Positions 1-8,290 of a stretch of DNA of 64,000 nucleotides are shown in pieces. Origin of the DNA: an uncultured Pseudomonadota bacterium. Its GTDB lineage: Bacteria; Pseudomonadota; Alphaproteobacteria; JACZXZ01. Below the pieces are notes generated by a model. That model saw nothing but the letters and a program-made list of their open reading frames with translations, was not told the origin of the DNA and did not search any database. The stretch is from positions 224,001 through 288,000 of the forward strand of contig CAVVLJ010000016.1 in the NCBI GenBank assembly GCA_963749075.1, read 5' to 3'. Each line of letters starts with the position of its first letter. Position 1 is the stretch's first letter. The position numbers and the translations under genes were made by a program.

Positions 1-1059
1 CAGTGTTGGCCAAGCTTCGCGGAAAATTTCGCGAAGCTCCGCTTCGAGTGCGTTGCCTTTGAGCGCCCTTTCGGAGACTTCCAGATTGAACCGTTGATGG
101 ATGTCCTGCCCTTCGGCCAGCCATAAATCCTTGAATGCTTTGCGAGCTGCCCCGAATGTGACCGTTCGTTGCGTCTGAGCGATATCGACGATGATCGACC
201 GTTCTCGCTTGTCAAGGTGCCTCTGATTGCCGCCGACGATGCGCAATTTGTTGATCTGCTCGAGCATCACCCATTGCTGTGTCGACCAAGCGGCCTTCGG
301 CGCGGGTAAATCATCGGGGCAGAAGCGGCAATGGCCCAAGGTATTGAGGCGCCAGAAGACTGGCCGCTGGTGGAACACGATGTATTCGACAGCCTTCCTG
401 CGCTCGTCCGTCAGGACGCTCGGATGGTACTTGGATTGGGCCTCCCACAGGCGGGCAAGCTCGTCCTGGAACATCGTCCGGCTGGTGTGCCGCTTCCGCT
501 TTCGTTCGCTGGCCGGTAGCTCGGCGAGATATGTTCCCAATGTCTTTCCCGCAAGATGGCTTTGCAAACCCTCAATCTCGGCTTTAATGCCTTTTGTCTC
601 GGCGTCATCCTCGGTGGTCTCGTCGAAGTCGCGCCCGAGGAAGCCACGCCTTTTCCCTAGGTGATAGATGGCCCGGCCGAGTTGGCAAGGTTCGAGCCGC
701 TCTGCCAGACCCCGTCGCCGTAGGTTATAGGGGTCGTTGGCCCCAGTCTTCTCCATCGCCGTCGCCTTAGCCCAATCGCTACCCTTCTCGGCGGAAAAGG
801 CTGGCAGCAAGCCCATTTCATGCAAGAGCTGCCCGAGTAGCCTCCGACGGGCGCGACGGCGGCGTAGCGTCCGCCGAGCCAGTCGCTTCGTTCGACGAAT
901 CTGGTTAGGCGGGTAACTTGTTGTCTGCTGGCGGACGACGCCTTCGGGAAAAATCCGGACGCCCATGGCGGCAACGCTGCCGGTCGAAGACGCTTCGCTC
1001 CAGTCGACCAGCGCCCAACCGACCGATGTGGTGCCAAGATCCAGGCCGAGGATGCGCAT
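1..1059 (-). CDS. cas9: Type II-C CRISPR endonuclease Cas9, N-terminal 353 aa (continues beyond left window edge)
   Basis: Manual translation from ATG at 1059 (SD-like GAAGGGGGT upstream) is open to position 1: MRILGLDLGTTSVGWALVD (RuvC-I, catalytic D7), GVRIFPEG, Arg-rich bridge helix RRTKRLARRTLRRRRARRRLL, DPYNLRRRGL, LGRAIYHLGKRRGF, HQRPVFW..LGHCRFCPDDLPAPKA, EQINKLRI - all characteristic II-C Cas9 motifs. Absent from ORF track because there is no stop in the window. Confidence 0.96.
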   Translation of the reverse strand, partial: MRILGLDLGTTSVGWALVDWSEASSTGSVAAMGVRIFPEGVVRQQTTSYPPNQIRRTKRLARRTLRRRRARRRLLGQLLHEMGLLPAFSAEKGSDWAKATAMEKTGANDPYNLRRRGLAERLEPCQLGRAIYHLGKRRGFLGRDFDETTEDDAETKGIKAEIEGLQSHLAGKTLGTYLAELPASERKRKRHTSRTMFQDELARLWEAQSKYHPSVLTDERRKAVEYIVFHQRPVFWRLNTLGHCRFCPDDLPAPKAAWSTQQWVMLEQINKLRIVGGNQRHLDKRERSIIVDIAQTQRTVTFGAARKAFKDLWLAEGQDIHQRFNLEVSERALKGNALEAELREIFREAWPTL

Positions 1060-1094
1060 GCCACCCCCTTCGTCCCTCGTCGCCTATTTCGCGC

Positions 1095-1123
1095 TTGAGG
1101 CGAACATCTACAAATGTTAACAT
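1095..1123 (+). promoter_or_regulatory. sigma70-type promoter for tracrRNA
   Basis: TTGAGG (1095-1100)-N17-TAACAT (1118-1123); predicted TSS ~1130-1131, exactly at the start of the putative anti-repeat. Confidence 0.65.
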
Positions 1124-1130
1124 GTTTTTG

Positions 1131-1255
1131 TAGCAAATCGAGGATCGACCGCTTATCGCAGGCAAAACGTAAGCGTCGTTCTGTGCGGGCTGGGCATCCC
1201 AATGACGCATCCACTGCCCACTCTATCCAAACCCCGGCTTATCGCCGGGGTTTGT
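1131..1255 (+). ncRNA. tracrRNA (type II-C), divergent from cas9
   Basis: Immediately upstream of cas9; TAGCAAATCGAGGATCGACCGCTTATCGCAGGCAAA anti-repeat-like 5' end, GCGTCGTT/AATGACGC stem enclosing TGTGCGGGCTGGGCATCCC, terminal hairpin. Resembles my recollection of the Parvibaculum lavamentivorans tracrRNA (needs alignment to confirm). Confidence 0.85.
1228..1255 (+). terminator. Terminal hairpin/terminator of tracrRNA
   Basis: CAAACCCCGGC-TTATC-GCCGGGGTTTG perfect 11-bp stem. Confidence 0.75.
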
Positions 1256-1355
1256 CGTAGGAGGGCATTTCTCGCTCGGCATCACTTACCCTAGGCAAGC
1301 GCTCGCCGCTGGCGCAAAATGCGCCATGAGCAGAGCGATTATCGGGGGAGCGGGC

Positions 1356-1865
1356 ATGCCGCAGGAGAGCGCCGTCGAGGCCAAGCCGGCGGTTACGGAA
1401 GTCGTCGGGCGCTTCGCCGAGCGGGCGCCCTTCAAGGCCGCGGTCGAGGCGCTCCTGGCCGCCGGCTTCGAGCGCAGCGATCTCTCGGTGCTCGACAGCC
1501 ACGACTCGCTCGCCGCCGCGGAAGGGAAGGACGAGAGCTGGCGCACGACGCTCGCCGGGCTCGTGGGCGAGGCCAAGTATCTCGAGCCGATCACTGCCGC
1601 CGGCCTCATCCTCCTCGCCTCGGGCGCCATCGGCGCCGCCGTTGCGGGCGCCATCGCGGCCGGCCTCGGCGGCATGGCGGCCTTCGAGCTCCTGCGCGAG
1701 GTGCGCGCCACGCCCCACTTCCGCGAGTTCGCCACGGCGCTCGAGCACGGCGCCGTGCTGCTGTGGGTGCTGGCCGAAACTCCCGATCGCCAGCGGCTCG
1801 CGCGCGAAGCCCTGGCACGCCAGGGTGCCGCCGACATCCACGTCCACACGCGCGCCGCCCGCTGA
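1356..1865 (+). CDS. Hypothetical membrane-associated protein with Gly/Ala zipper
   Basis: ATG 1356 after GGGGGAG; host-like codon usage; hydrophobic GAIGAAVAGAIAAGLGG stretch and C-terminal GAADIHVH, as in stress-17M/DUF1269-like proteins. Confidence 0.7.
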   Translation: MPQESAVEAKPAVTEVVGRFAERAPFKAAVEALLAAGFERSDLSVLDSHDSLAAAEGKDESWRTTLAGLVGEAKYLEPITAAGLILLASGAIGAAVAGAIAAGLGGMAAFELLREVRATPHFREFATALEHGAVLLWVLAETPDRQRLAREALARQGAADIHVHTRAAR

Positions 1866-1920
1866 TTTCCGGGCGCTCCACTCCCGCAGCACGCGCCGCC
1901 ATAAGTAACGGAGGGAACCT

Positions 1921-3597
1921 GTGCCCTTGATGTCCGGAAAGCGCGCCTTTCTCGAGCTCCTCAAGAGCGAGGGCGTCGCCCTCATGTTCGGCAATCCCGG
2001 CACCACGGAGCTGCCGCTCATGGACGCGCTCGCGGTCGACAACGAGATGCGCTACGTGCTCGGCCTCCATGAGGGCGTGGTGATGTCGATGGCGGACGGC
2101 TACGCCCAGGCGAGCGGCAAGCTCGCGGTCGTCAACCTCCACGTGGCGCCCGGCCTGGGCAACGCCATGGGCATGCTCTACGACGCGCAGAAGGCGGGCG
2201 CTCCCATCCTGGTGACCGCCGGTCAGCACGAGCAGAGCTTCAACGTGACCGAGCCGATCCTCTGGGCCGAGCTGCCGCCGATCGCGCGGCCGTTCGTCAA
2301 GTGGTCGGCCGAGGTGCACCGGCTCGCCGATCTGCCGCGCATGGTGCACCGCGCGGCGAAGACGGCGCTGGCGCCGCCGACGGGCCCGGTCTTCCTCTCG
2401 CTGCCGGGCGACATCCTCAATGCCGAGGCCGATCTCACGCTCGGAGCGCCCACGCGGATCGCACCGCGCACGCGCGGCGACGCTGCCGCGGTCGCGGCGG
2501 CGGCGGCCCTGCTCGCCAGGGCCGAGCGGCCGGTCATCATGGCGGGCGACGCGGTGGCGCAGAGCGGAGCGCACCGCGAGCTCGCTGCCTTAGCCGAGCT
2601 CCTCGGCGCACCTGTCTATGCCGAGGGCATCGCCAGTACCGCCTCCTTCCCGGCCTCGCACCCGCTCTTCCGCGGCAGCATCGTGCGCTTGGCGCCTGCG
2701 CTCCGGGAGGCGCTCGGCGAATACGACGTGCTCTTCTCCGTGGGCGGCGATCTCGTCACGCTCTCGCTGCCCTCGAACGTCGAGCCCATGCCGGAGGGAT
2801 TGACCGTCATCCATCTCGATACCGATCCGTGGGAGCTCGGCAAGAACTACGCCGCCGAGGTGGCGATTCTCGGCGATCCCAAGCCGACGCTGCCGGAGAT
2901 CGCCGCGGCCGTGGCCGAGCGCATGACGCCCGATGCGGCGGCGCGGGCACGCGCGCGCCTAGAGGCTGCCAAGACGGCGATCGCCGGCGAGCGCGCGGCG
3001 CTCAAGGCGCGCGCCAGGGCGGCAGCGGCGCGCTCGCCCATCCAGCCGCTCGCTCTCCTGGAGGCCATCGGCGAGCTCCTGCCGCCGGATGCGGTGGTGG
3101 TCGACGAGACGATCTCCTCGGGCGGGTCTTTGCGCCAGCTCCTCAAGAGCGACGACCCGCAGAGCTTCTACGGCCTCCGCGGCGGCGGCATCGGCTGGGG
3201 CCTGCCGGCGGCGATCGGCGTCAAGCTGGCGCTGCCCGAGCGGCCGGTCGTGGCGCTCATCGGCGACGGCAGCGCCATGTACAGCATCCAGGGCCTGTGG
3301 ACCGCGGCGCACGAGCGCATCGCCGTCGTCTTCGTCATCCTCAACAACCGCTCCTACCGCATCCTCAAGCAGCGGGTGAACGCGCTCAAGGGCCATGCGG
3401 CGCAGAGCGACATCTACGTGGCCATGGACCTCGTCGATCCGGCGATCGATTACGTGGGCGTCGCGCGCGGGCTCGGTCTTGCGGCCGACCACGCGGCGAC
3501 CATCCCCGAGGCGATCCGCTTCATCCGGCAGGCGCTCGCGAGCGGAGCACCAGCACTCATCGACGTCGCCATTGATCCGGCCTTCAAGCCGGTGTAA
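1921..3597 (+). CDS. Thiamine-diphosphate-dependent decarboxylase, benzoylformate decarboxylase-like
   Basis: FGNPGTTELP, LHEGVVMSMADGYAQASG and ThDP-binding GDGSAMYSIQGLWT..NN motif. Confidence 0.9.
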   Translation: MPLMSGKRAFLELLKSEGVALMFGNPGTTELPLMDALAVDNEMRYVLGLHEGVVMSMADGYAQASGKLAVVNLHVAPGLGNAMGMLYDAQKAGAPILVTAGQHEQSFNVTEPILWAELPPIARPFVKWSAEVHRLADLPRMVHRAAKTALAPPTGPVFLSLPGDILNAEADLTLGAPTRIAPRTRGDAAAVAAAAALLARAERPVIMAGDAVAQSGAHRELAALAELLGAPVYAEGIASTASFPASHPLFRGSIVRLAPALREALGEYDVLFSVGGDLVTLSLPSNVEPMPEGLTVIHLDTDPWELGKNYAAEVAILGDPKPTLPEIAAAVAERMTPDAAARARARLEAAKTAIAGERAALKARARAAAARSPIQPLALLEAIGELLPPDAVVVDETISSGGSLRQLLKSDDPQSFYGLRGGGIGWGLPAAIGVKLALPERPVVALIGDGSAMYSIQGLWTAAHERIAVVFVILNNRSYRILKQRVNALKGHAAQSDIYVAMDLVDPAIDYVGVARGLGLAADHAATIPEAIRFIRQALASGAPALIDVAIDPAFKPV

Positions 3598-3623
3598 GCC
3601 GCGGCGTTCCCTCTCCTCCTTTC

Positions 3624-3773
3624 CCCTCTCCTCCTTTAGGAGGAGAGGGCGGGGCCCATCGCGAAGCGATGGGAGGGTGAGGAGGACCACCGCAGCAAGT
3701 GCACACTGGCTTCTAACGTGATCGGCCCGATCACCTCCTCACCCTGACCCTCTCCTCCTGAAGGAGGAGAGGG
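3624..3773. repeat. REP doublet/REPIN-like element, copy A
   Basis: Two inverted CCCTCTCCTCCTnnAGGAGGAGAGGG..GGGTGAGGAGG units around a spacer; near-identical inverted copy at 20985-21133. Confidence 0.85.
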
Positions 3774-3899
3774 ATGAAGCCGATCGCAGAGGGCGCGCCG
3801 CCGCCGCATTGACCCGCCGCGGGCTTTATGCAAGCCTCCATGACAAATGGCAAGGCGTCCATCACGCGGGCGCAAAGAGAACGATCATGGGGGGATGCC

Positions 3900-5264
3900 G
3901 TGGCCAGGAGCACACGAGGGCCATCCGATGTATCGCGCCGTTCGGCGCTCAGACGCGGGCTCGGGGCCGCCGGCCTCGCCGTAGTCGGAGCGCCCTGGAT
4001 CAGGTGCTTCGCCGAGGCCCAGGGCAGCGCCTTCGACTGGCAGCGCTACAAGGGCCAGCATCTCGAGATCTCCCATACCAAGGGGCCGCGCGGCGACCTC
4101 CTGCAGAAGTACGAGAAGGAGTTCGAGGTGCTGAGCGGCATCTCGGTCGGCTCCGAGCAGGTGCCCGAGCAGCAGCACCGCCAGAAGGTGGCGATCGAGT
4201 TCACCTCCGGCAGTCCCAGCTTCGACGTGGTGACCGTCTCCTATCACGTGCAGAAGCGCCTCTACGGCAAGGGCAAGTGGCTCCTCGATGTCAGGGAGCT
4301 GATCAAGGACGCCAACATGACGGCGCCCGCTTTCGACTTCGCGGACTTCGCCAAGGGTCCGGTCGACTATGCGACCCAGGCGGACGGCCGGCTCGACACG
4401 CTGCCGCTCAACCTCGATTACTGGATGATCTATTGGAACAAGGAGCTCTTCGCCGCCAAGGGCGTCGCCTATCCCAAGTCCTTCCCCGAGATGCTCGAGG
4501 CCGCCAAGGCGCTCAACGACCCCAAGTCGGGGATCGCCGGCTACCTCTCGCGCGGGCTCAAAAACGCCAACGTGCCGGTGTGGACGAGCTTCCTCCTCGG
4601 CTACGGCGTCGATCCCATCGAGCGCAATCTCACCATGCACACGGACGGCCCCGAGGCGATCGCCGCCGGCGAGATCTATCAGAAGGTCACGCGGGACTTC
4701 GGCCCCCTGGGCGTCGCCGGCTTCAACTGGAACGAATGCCAGTCGAGCTTCGTGCTCGGGCGCGGCGCCATGTGGCTCGACGGCATCGGCTTCGCGCTCC
4801 CGCTCGAGGACAAGAAGAAGTCGCGCGTCGTCGGCAAGGTCGGCTACGGCGTGATGCCGCCCGGCCCGAAGGCGCAGCATTCGGCACTCTTCGGCGACGG
4901 CATCGGCATCGCGGCCGCGACGAAGAAGACCGGGCCGGCCTGGCTCTACTGCCAGTGGGCGACCAGCAAGGCGATGAACCAGCGCCAGATCGAGGGCGGC
5001 TACGGCGCTCCCGGCCGCACCTCGGCCTATGCCGCCGCCGGCGCCTCGGGCCATCTCACGGCACCGCGCGAGTGGCTCGAGTGCATGGAGGGCTCGATCA
5101 AGATCGCCCGCGCCGGCCTGCCGGAGATCATCGAGGTGACCCAGTTCCGCGACATCTTCGGGATCGCCCTCACCAACCTCGTCACCGGCGGCGATCCGGC
5201 GAGCGAGCTCAAGAAGGCGACCGAGCAGTTCAAGCCCATTCTCGAGAAGAGCGAGAAAGGCTGA
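3900..5264 (+). CDS. Carbohydrate ABC transporter substrate-binding protein (Tat signal)
   Basis: SRRSALRRGLG twin-arginine leader; SBP family 1 motifs (YWNKELF, GRGAMWLD); start approximate (GTG 3900). Confidence 0.88.
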   Translation: MARSTRGPSDVSRRSALRRGLGAAGLAVVGAPWIRCFAEAQGSAFDWQRYKGQHLEISHTKGPRGDLLQKYEKEFEVLSGISVGSEQVPEQQHRQKVAIEFTSGSPSFDVVTVSYHVQKRLYGKGKWLLDVRELIKDANMTAPAFDFADFAKGPVDYATQADGRLDTLPLNLDYWMIYWNKELFAAKGVAYPKSFPEMLEAAKALNDPKSGIAGYLSRGLKNANVPVWTSFLLGYGVDPIERNLTMHTDGPEAIAAGEIYQKVTRDFGPLGVAGFNWNECQSSFVLGRGAMWLDGIGFALPLEDKKKSRVVGKVGYGVMPPGPKAQHSALFGDGIGIAAATKKTGPAWLYCQWATSKAMNQRQIEGGYGAPGRTSAYAAAGASGHLTAPREWLECMEGSIKIARAGLPEIIEVTQFRDIFGIALTNLVTGGDPASELKKATEQFKPILEKSEKG

Positions 5265-5274
5265 GCCGCGCGCC

Positions 5275-6168
5275 ATGACGGTGGCGCGGCTGTTCGCGGG
5301 CGCGGCACCCTGGCGCCGCGGGCGCTACGTCGTCTTCATCCTCCCGGCGCTCGCCGTCATGCTGGCGGTCATCGTCTTCCCTTGGCTCTTCACGCTCTTC
5401 ATGAGCGTCGAGGACTGGAAGATCGGCCGGGAGCGCAGCTTCGTCGGCCTCGACAATTACCTCGCCCTCTTCGGCGACGCGCGCTTCCGCGGCGCACTCC
5501 TGCGCACGCTCTATTACAGCGCGCTCGCCGTCGTCGTTCCGGTGATCCTCGGCACCTTCTCGGCGGTCGTCTTCCATAAGCGCTTCCCGCTGCGCGGCCT
5601 CCTGCGCGGCATCTTCATCCTCCCCATGATGGCGACGCCGGTCGCTGTGGCGCTCGTCTGGACCATGATGTTCCATCCCCAGCTCGGCGTCCTCAACTAT
5701 CTCCTGAGCCTCGTCGGCCTGCCCCCGCAGGCCTGGGTCTATGCGCCCGACACGGTGATCCCGACGCTCGTCATGGTCGAGGTCTGGCAATGGACGCCGC
5801 TTGTCATGCTCATCGTGCTCGGCGGGCTCGCGGCGCTGCCGACCGAGCCCTACGAAGCGGCGCACATCGACGGCGCCTCCGAATGGCGCATGTTCCGCCA
5901 TATCACCTTGCCGCTCCTTCTCCCCTTCATCATGGTGGCGGCGATCATCCGTGCGATCGACGCGGTCAAGGCCTTCGACATCATCTTCGTGATCACCCAG
6001 GGCGGTCCCGGCACGGCGTCGGAGACGATCAACATCTACCTCTATCTCCAGGCCTTCGCGTTCTACAACATCGGCTATGCCTCGGCGGTGGTGGCGGTGT
6101 TCTTCGTGCTCATCGTGGCGCTCTCTCTGGCCCTCCTCTACGTGCGGCAGAAGACGCAATGGACGTAA
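5275..6168 (+). CDS. Carbohydrate ABC transporter permease
   Basis: FVGLDNY, EAAHIDGAS (EAA motif), TQGGPG. Confidence 0.92.
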   Translation: MTVARLFAGAAPWRRGRYVVFILPALAVMLAVIVFPWLFTLFMSVEDWKIGRERSFVGLDNYLALFGDARFRGALLRTLYYSALAVVVPVILGTFSAVVFHKRFPLRGLLRGIFILPMMATPVAVALVWTMMFHPQLGVLNYLLSLVGLPPQAWVYAPDTVIPTLVMVEVWQWTPLVMLIVLGGLAALPTEPYEAAHIDGASEWRMFRHITLPLLLPFIMVAAIIRAIDAVKAFDIIFVITQGGPGTASETINIYLYLQAFAFYNIGYASAVVAVFFVLIVALSLALLYVRQKTQWT

Positions 6169-7037
6169 CGGCGCAAGCGCGGGCGGCGCTCAAGCTGCGG
6201 CCCGGCGCGCGCGCGCGGCTGCGGCGGATCGGCGCCAAGGCGGCCCTCGCCCTCTCGGTCCTCGTCATCGTCTCGCCGGCTGCCCTCGTCTTCCTCTGGA
6301 TGCTGTCGCTCTCGCTCAAGACGGAGATCGAGAACATCGCCTACCCGCCCGTGTTCATCCCAGCACACCCGACGCTCGACAATTTCGCCGAGGTGTTCCG
6401 CGCCAGCCCCTTCGCGCGCTATGCGCTCAACAGCGTCATCGTGACCGGCTCGGCGGTGCTGCTGGCGCTCCTCATCGGCGTTCCCGCCGGCTACGGCATC
6501 GCCAAGGCCAAGGCCTTCAAGCTCGCCGTCGTGGTGCTCATCTCGCGCATCACGCCGGGCTTGAGCTACCTCATCCCGCTCTTCATCCTCTTCCAGTGGC
6601 TCGGCCTCACGGGCACGCTCGTCCCCCTCGTCATCACCCACCTCGTGATCACCGTGCCCATCGTGGTGTGGATCATGATCGGCTTCTTCGAGGCGCTGCC
6701 GCGCGATCTCGAGGAGGCGGCCCTCATCGACGGGGCGACGGCGTGGCAGGCCTTCCGCCACATCGCCCTGCCGCTCTCGCGCCCCGGCATCGTGGTCGCC
6801 GCCATCCTCTCCTTCATCTTCTCGTGGAACAACTTCATCTTCGGCGTGGTGCTGACGGGACGCGAGACGCGCACGCTGCCGGTCGCGGTCTACAACGTGC
6901 TCACCTTCGAGCAGATCTCCTGGGGCCCCCTCGCAGCTGCCGCCCTCATCGTGACGCTCCCCGTGCTCGTCCTCACCGTCTTCGTGCAGCGCGAGATCGT
7001 GGCCGGCTTGACCGCGGGCGGCGTCAAGGGCGGGTAG
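6159..7037 (+). CDS. Carbohydrate ABC transporter permease
   Basis: EEAALIDGA motif, FIFSWNNF; ATG 6159 overlaps the upstream permease end. Confidence 0.92.
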   Translation: MDVTAQARAALKLRPGARARLRRIGAKAALALSVLVIVSPAALVFLWMLSLSLKTEIENIAYPPVFIPAHPTLDNFAEVFRASPFARYALNSVIVTGSAVLLALLIGVPAGYGIAKAKAFKLAVVVLISRITPGLSYLIPLFILFQWLGLTGTLVPLVITHLVITVPIVVWIMIGFFEALPRDLEEAALIDGATAWQAFRHIALPLSRPGIVVAAILSFIFSWNNFIFGVVLTGRETRTLPVAVYNVLTFEQISWGPLAAAALIVTLPVLVLTVFVQREIVAGLTAGGVKGG

Positions 7038-7115
7038 GGGCTTAGGCACGCCGCTCGGAAGGCATGGAATTCGCGTGATGCCTCAATTCGAAATCCTCGA
7101 ACCCGCCGGCAATCC

Positions 7116-7274
7116 CCCTCTCCTCCTTCAGGAGGAGAGGGCCGGGGTGAGGAGGTGTCGAAGCCGCGCAGTGGCCGCATGGAGTGCGCGGGATGGTGGG
7201 CTCGCCTCTTCCTTTCCCGCGCTCGATCGCTTGACCTCCTCACCCTAACCCTCTCCTCCTGAAGGAGGAGAGGG
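7116..7274. repeat. REP doublet/REPIN-like element, copy B
   Basis: Inverted CCCTCTCCTCCT..AGGAGGAGAGGG/GGGTGAGGAGG units between convergent genes. Confidence 0.85.
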
Positions 7275-7316
7275 GAGGCACTCGTCGTATGCGAAAATGC
7301 AAATGGCAGCGGCCGC

Positions 7317-8270
7317 TCAGGAGGCCGGCCGCAGCAATCCCGCCGTCCGCGCGATGCTGAGGAGCCCGCGCGCCGCCGCGTCGGCTTCCGCGAGGCGGGC
7401 CGCGATCCCGCGCGCCTCGAGCGCCGCGCCGTAGAGGCGGGCGAGCGCCGCCTCGCCGATCACGCTGGCCGCGACGGGCGGTGCCGCGAGCCGCGCCCCG
7501 AGGCTCGCCAGCGCCTCGCCGAGCTCGCTGCCGATGAGGAGCCCGGAGAGGTAGGAGGCGACGCCGGCCCTCGGCAGCTCGCCGAAGAGGGCGAGCGTGC
7601 GCGCGCTGAAGAGCTTGTGGAGGAGGCCGCCCGCCTGCGGCGAGGCCTCGGCGGCCTCGGCCAGGCCGCGGCGGAAGTGCACGGCATCGTGCGTCTCGCC
7701 CTCGATGAGGCGGCCCAAGATGCTGTGCGCCTTGAGCACGGCATAGAGCTCGCCGGTCATGAAGGTGGCGAACCACACGATGCGCCGCCCCGCGACGAGC
7801 GCCCATTTGCTGTGCGTGCCGGGCAGCACGAAAATCTCGCTGCCGCCGCTTCCGCCTTGGGCGAGGCTGCCGAGAATCTGCGTCTCCTCGCCGCGCATCA
7901 CGTCCGGCGGCCCGGCTGCCGTGCGATAGGAGACGCCGGGCACGATCGAGAGCGGGTGCCCGCTGCCGGTCTCGACGCAAACGAGGCCGCGCGCGAGCTC
8001 CTCGAGACCCGCGGGCGCCTCGGCATAAGGCGCCTCACGCCAGCCTTGCCGGCTGCCGATCATGCCGGCGGCGAGCGCCGGCAGCCCCGGATGGTCTGCG
8101 AGCCAGGGGCCGGCGATCTCCGCGAAGGTGCGGGCGAAGTCGCGTTCCGGCACATGGAGCACGCCGCGGGGCGCCTCGCGGCGCTCGAGCACGCCGCCGT
8201 CGGCCGCCACCAGGAAGGCGCGCAGCGAGCTGGTGCCCCAGTCGAGTGCGAGGAGTGCCGGCGTCGTCAT
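7317..8270 (-). CDS. dgoK: 2-dehydro-3-deoxygalactonokinase
   Basis: ALDWGTSSLRA, GMIGSRQGW, DVMRGEETQ, LPGTHSKW, TFMTGEL, YLSGLLIGSE. Confidence 0.93.
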   Translation of the reverse strand: MTTPALLALDWGTSSLRAFLVAADGGVLERREAPRGVLHVPERDFARTFAEIAGPWLADHPGLPALAAGMIGSRQGWREAPYAEAPAGLEELARGLVCVETGSGHPLSIVPGVSYRTAAGPPDVMRGEETQILGSLAQGGSGGSEIFVLPGTHSKWALVAGRRIVWFATFMTGELYAVLKAHSILGRLIEGETHDAVHFRRGLAEAAEASPQAGGLLHKLFSARTLALFGELPRAGVASYLSGLLIGSELGEALASLGARLAAPPVAASVIGEAALARLYGAALEARGIAARLAEADAAARGLLSIARTAGLLRPAS

Positions 8271-8290
8271 GTTTCGGGCCGGCCGCCGGC

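Noticed and set aside
227-1214. ORF-track entries 227..664, 331..519, 411..647, 657..1214, 905..1210, 918..1133
   Set aside because: Shadows of the cas9 frame and tracrRNA; no recognisable motifs.
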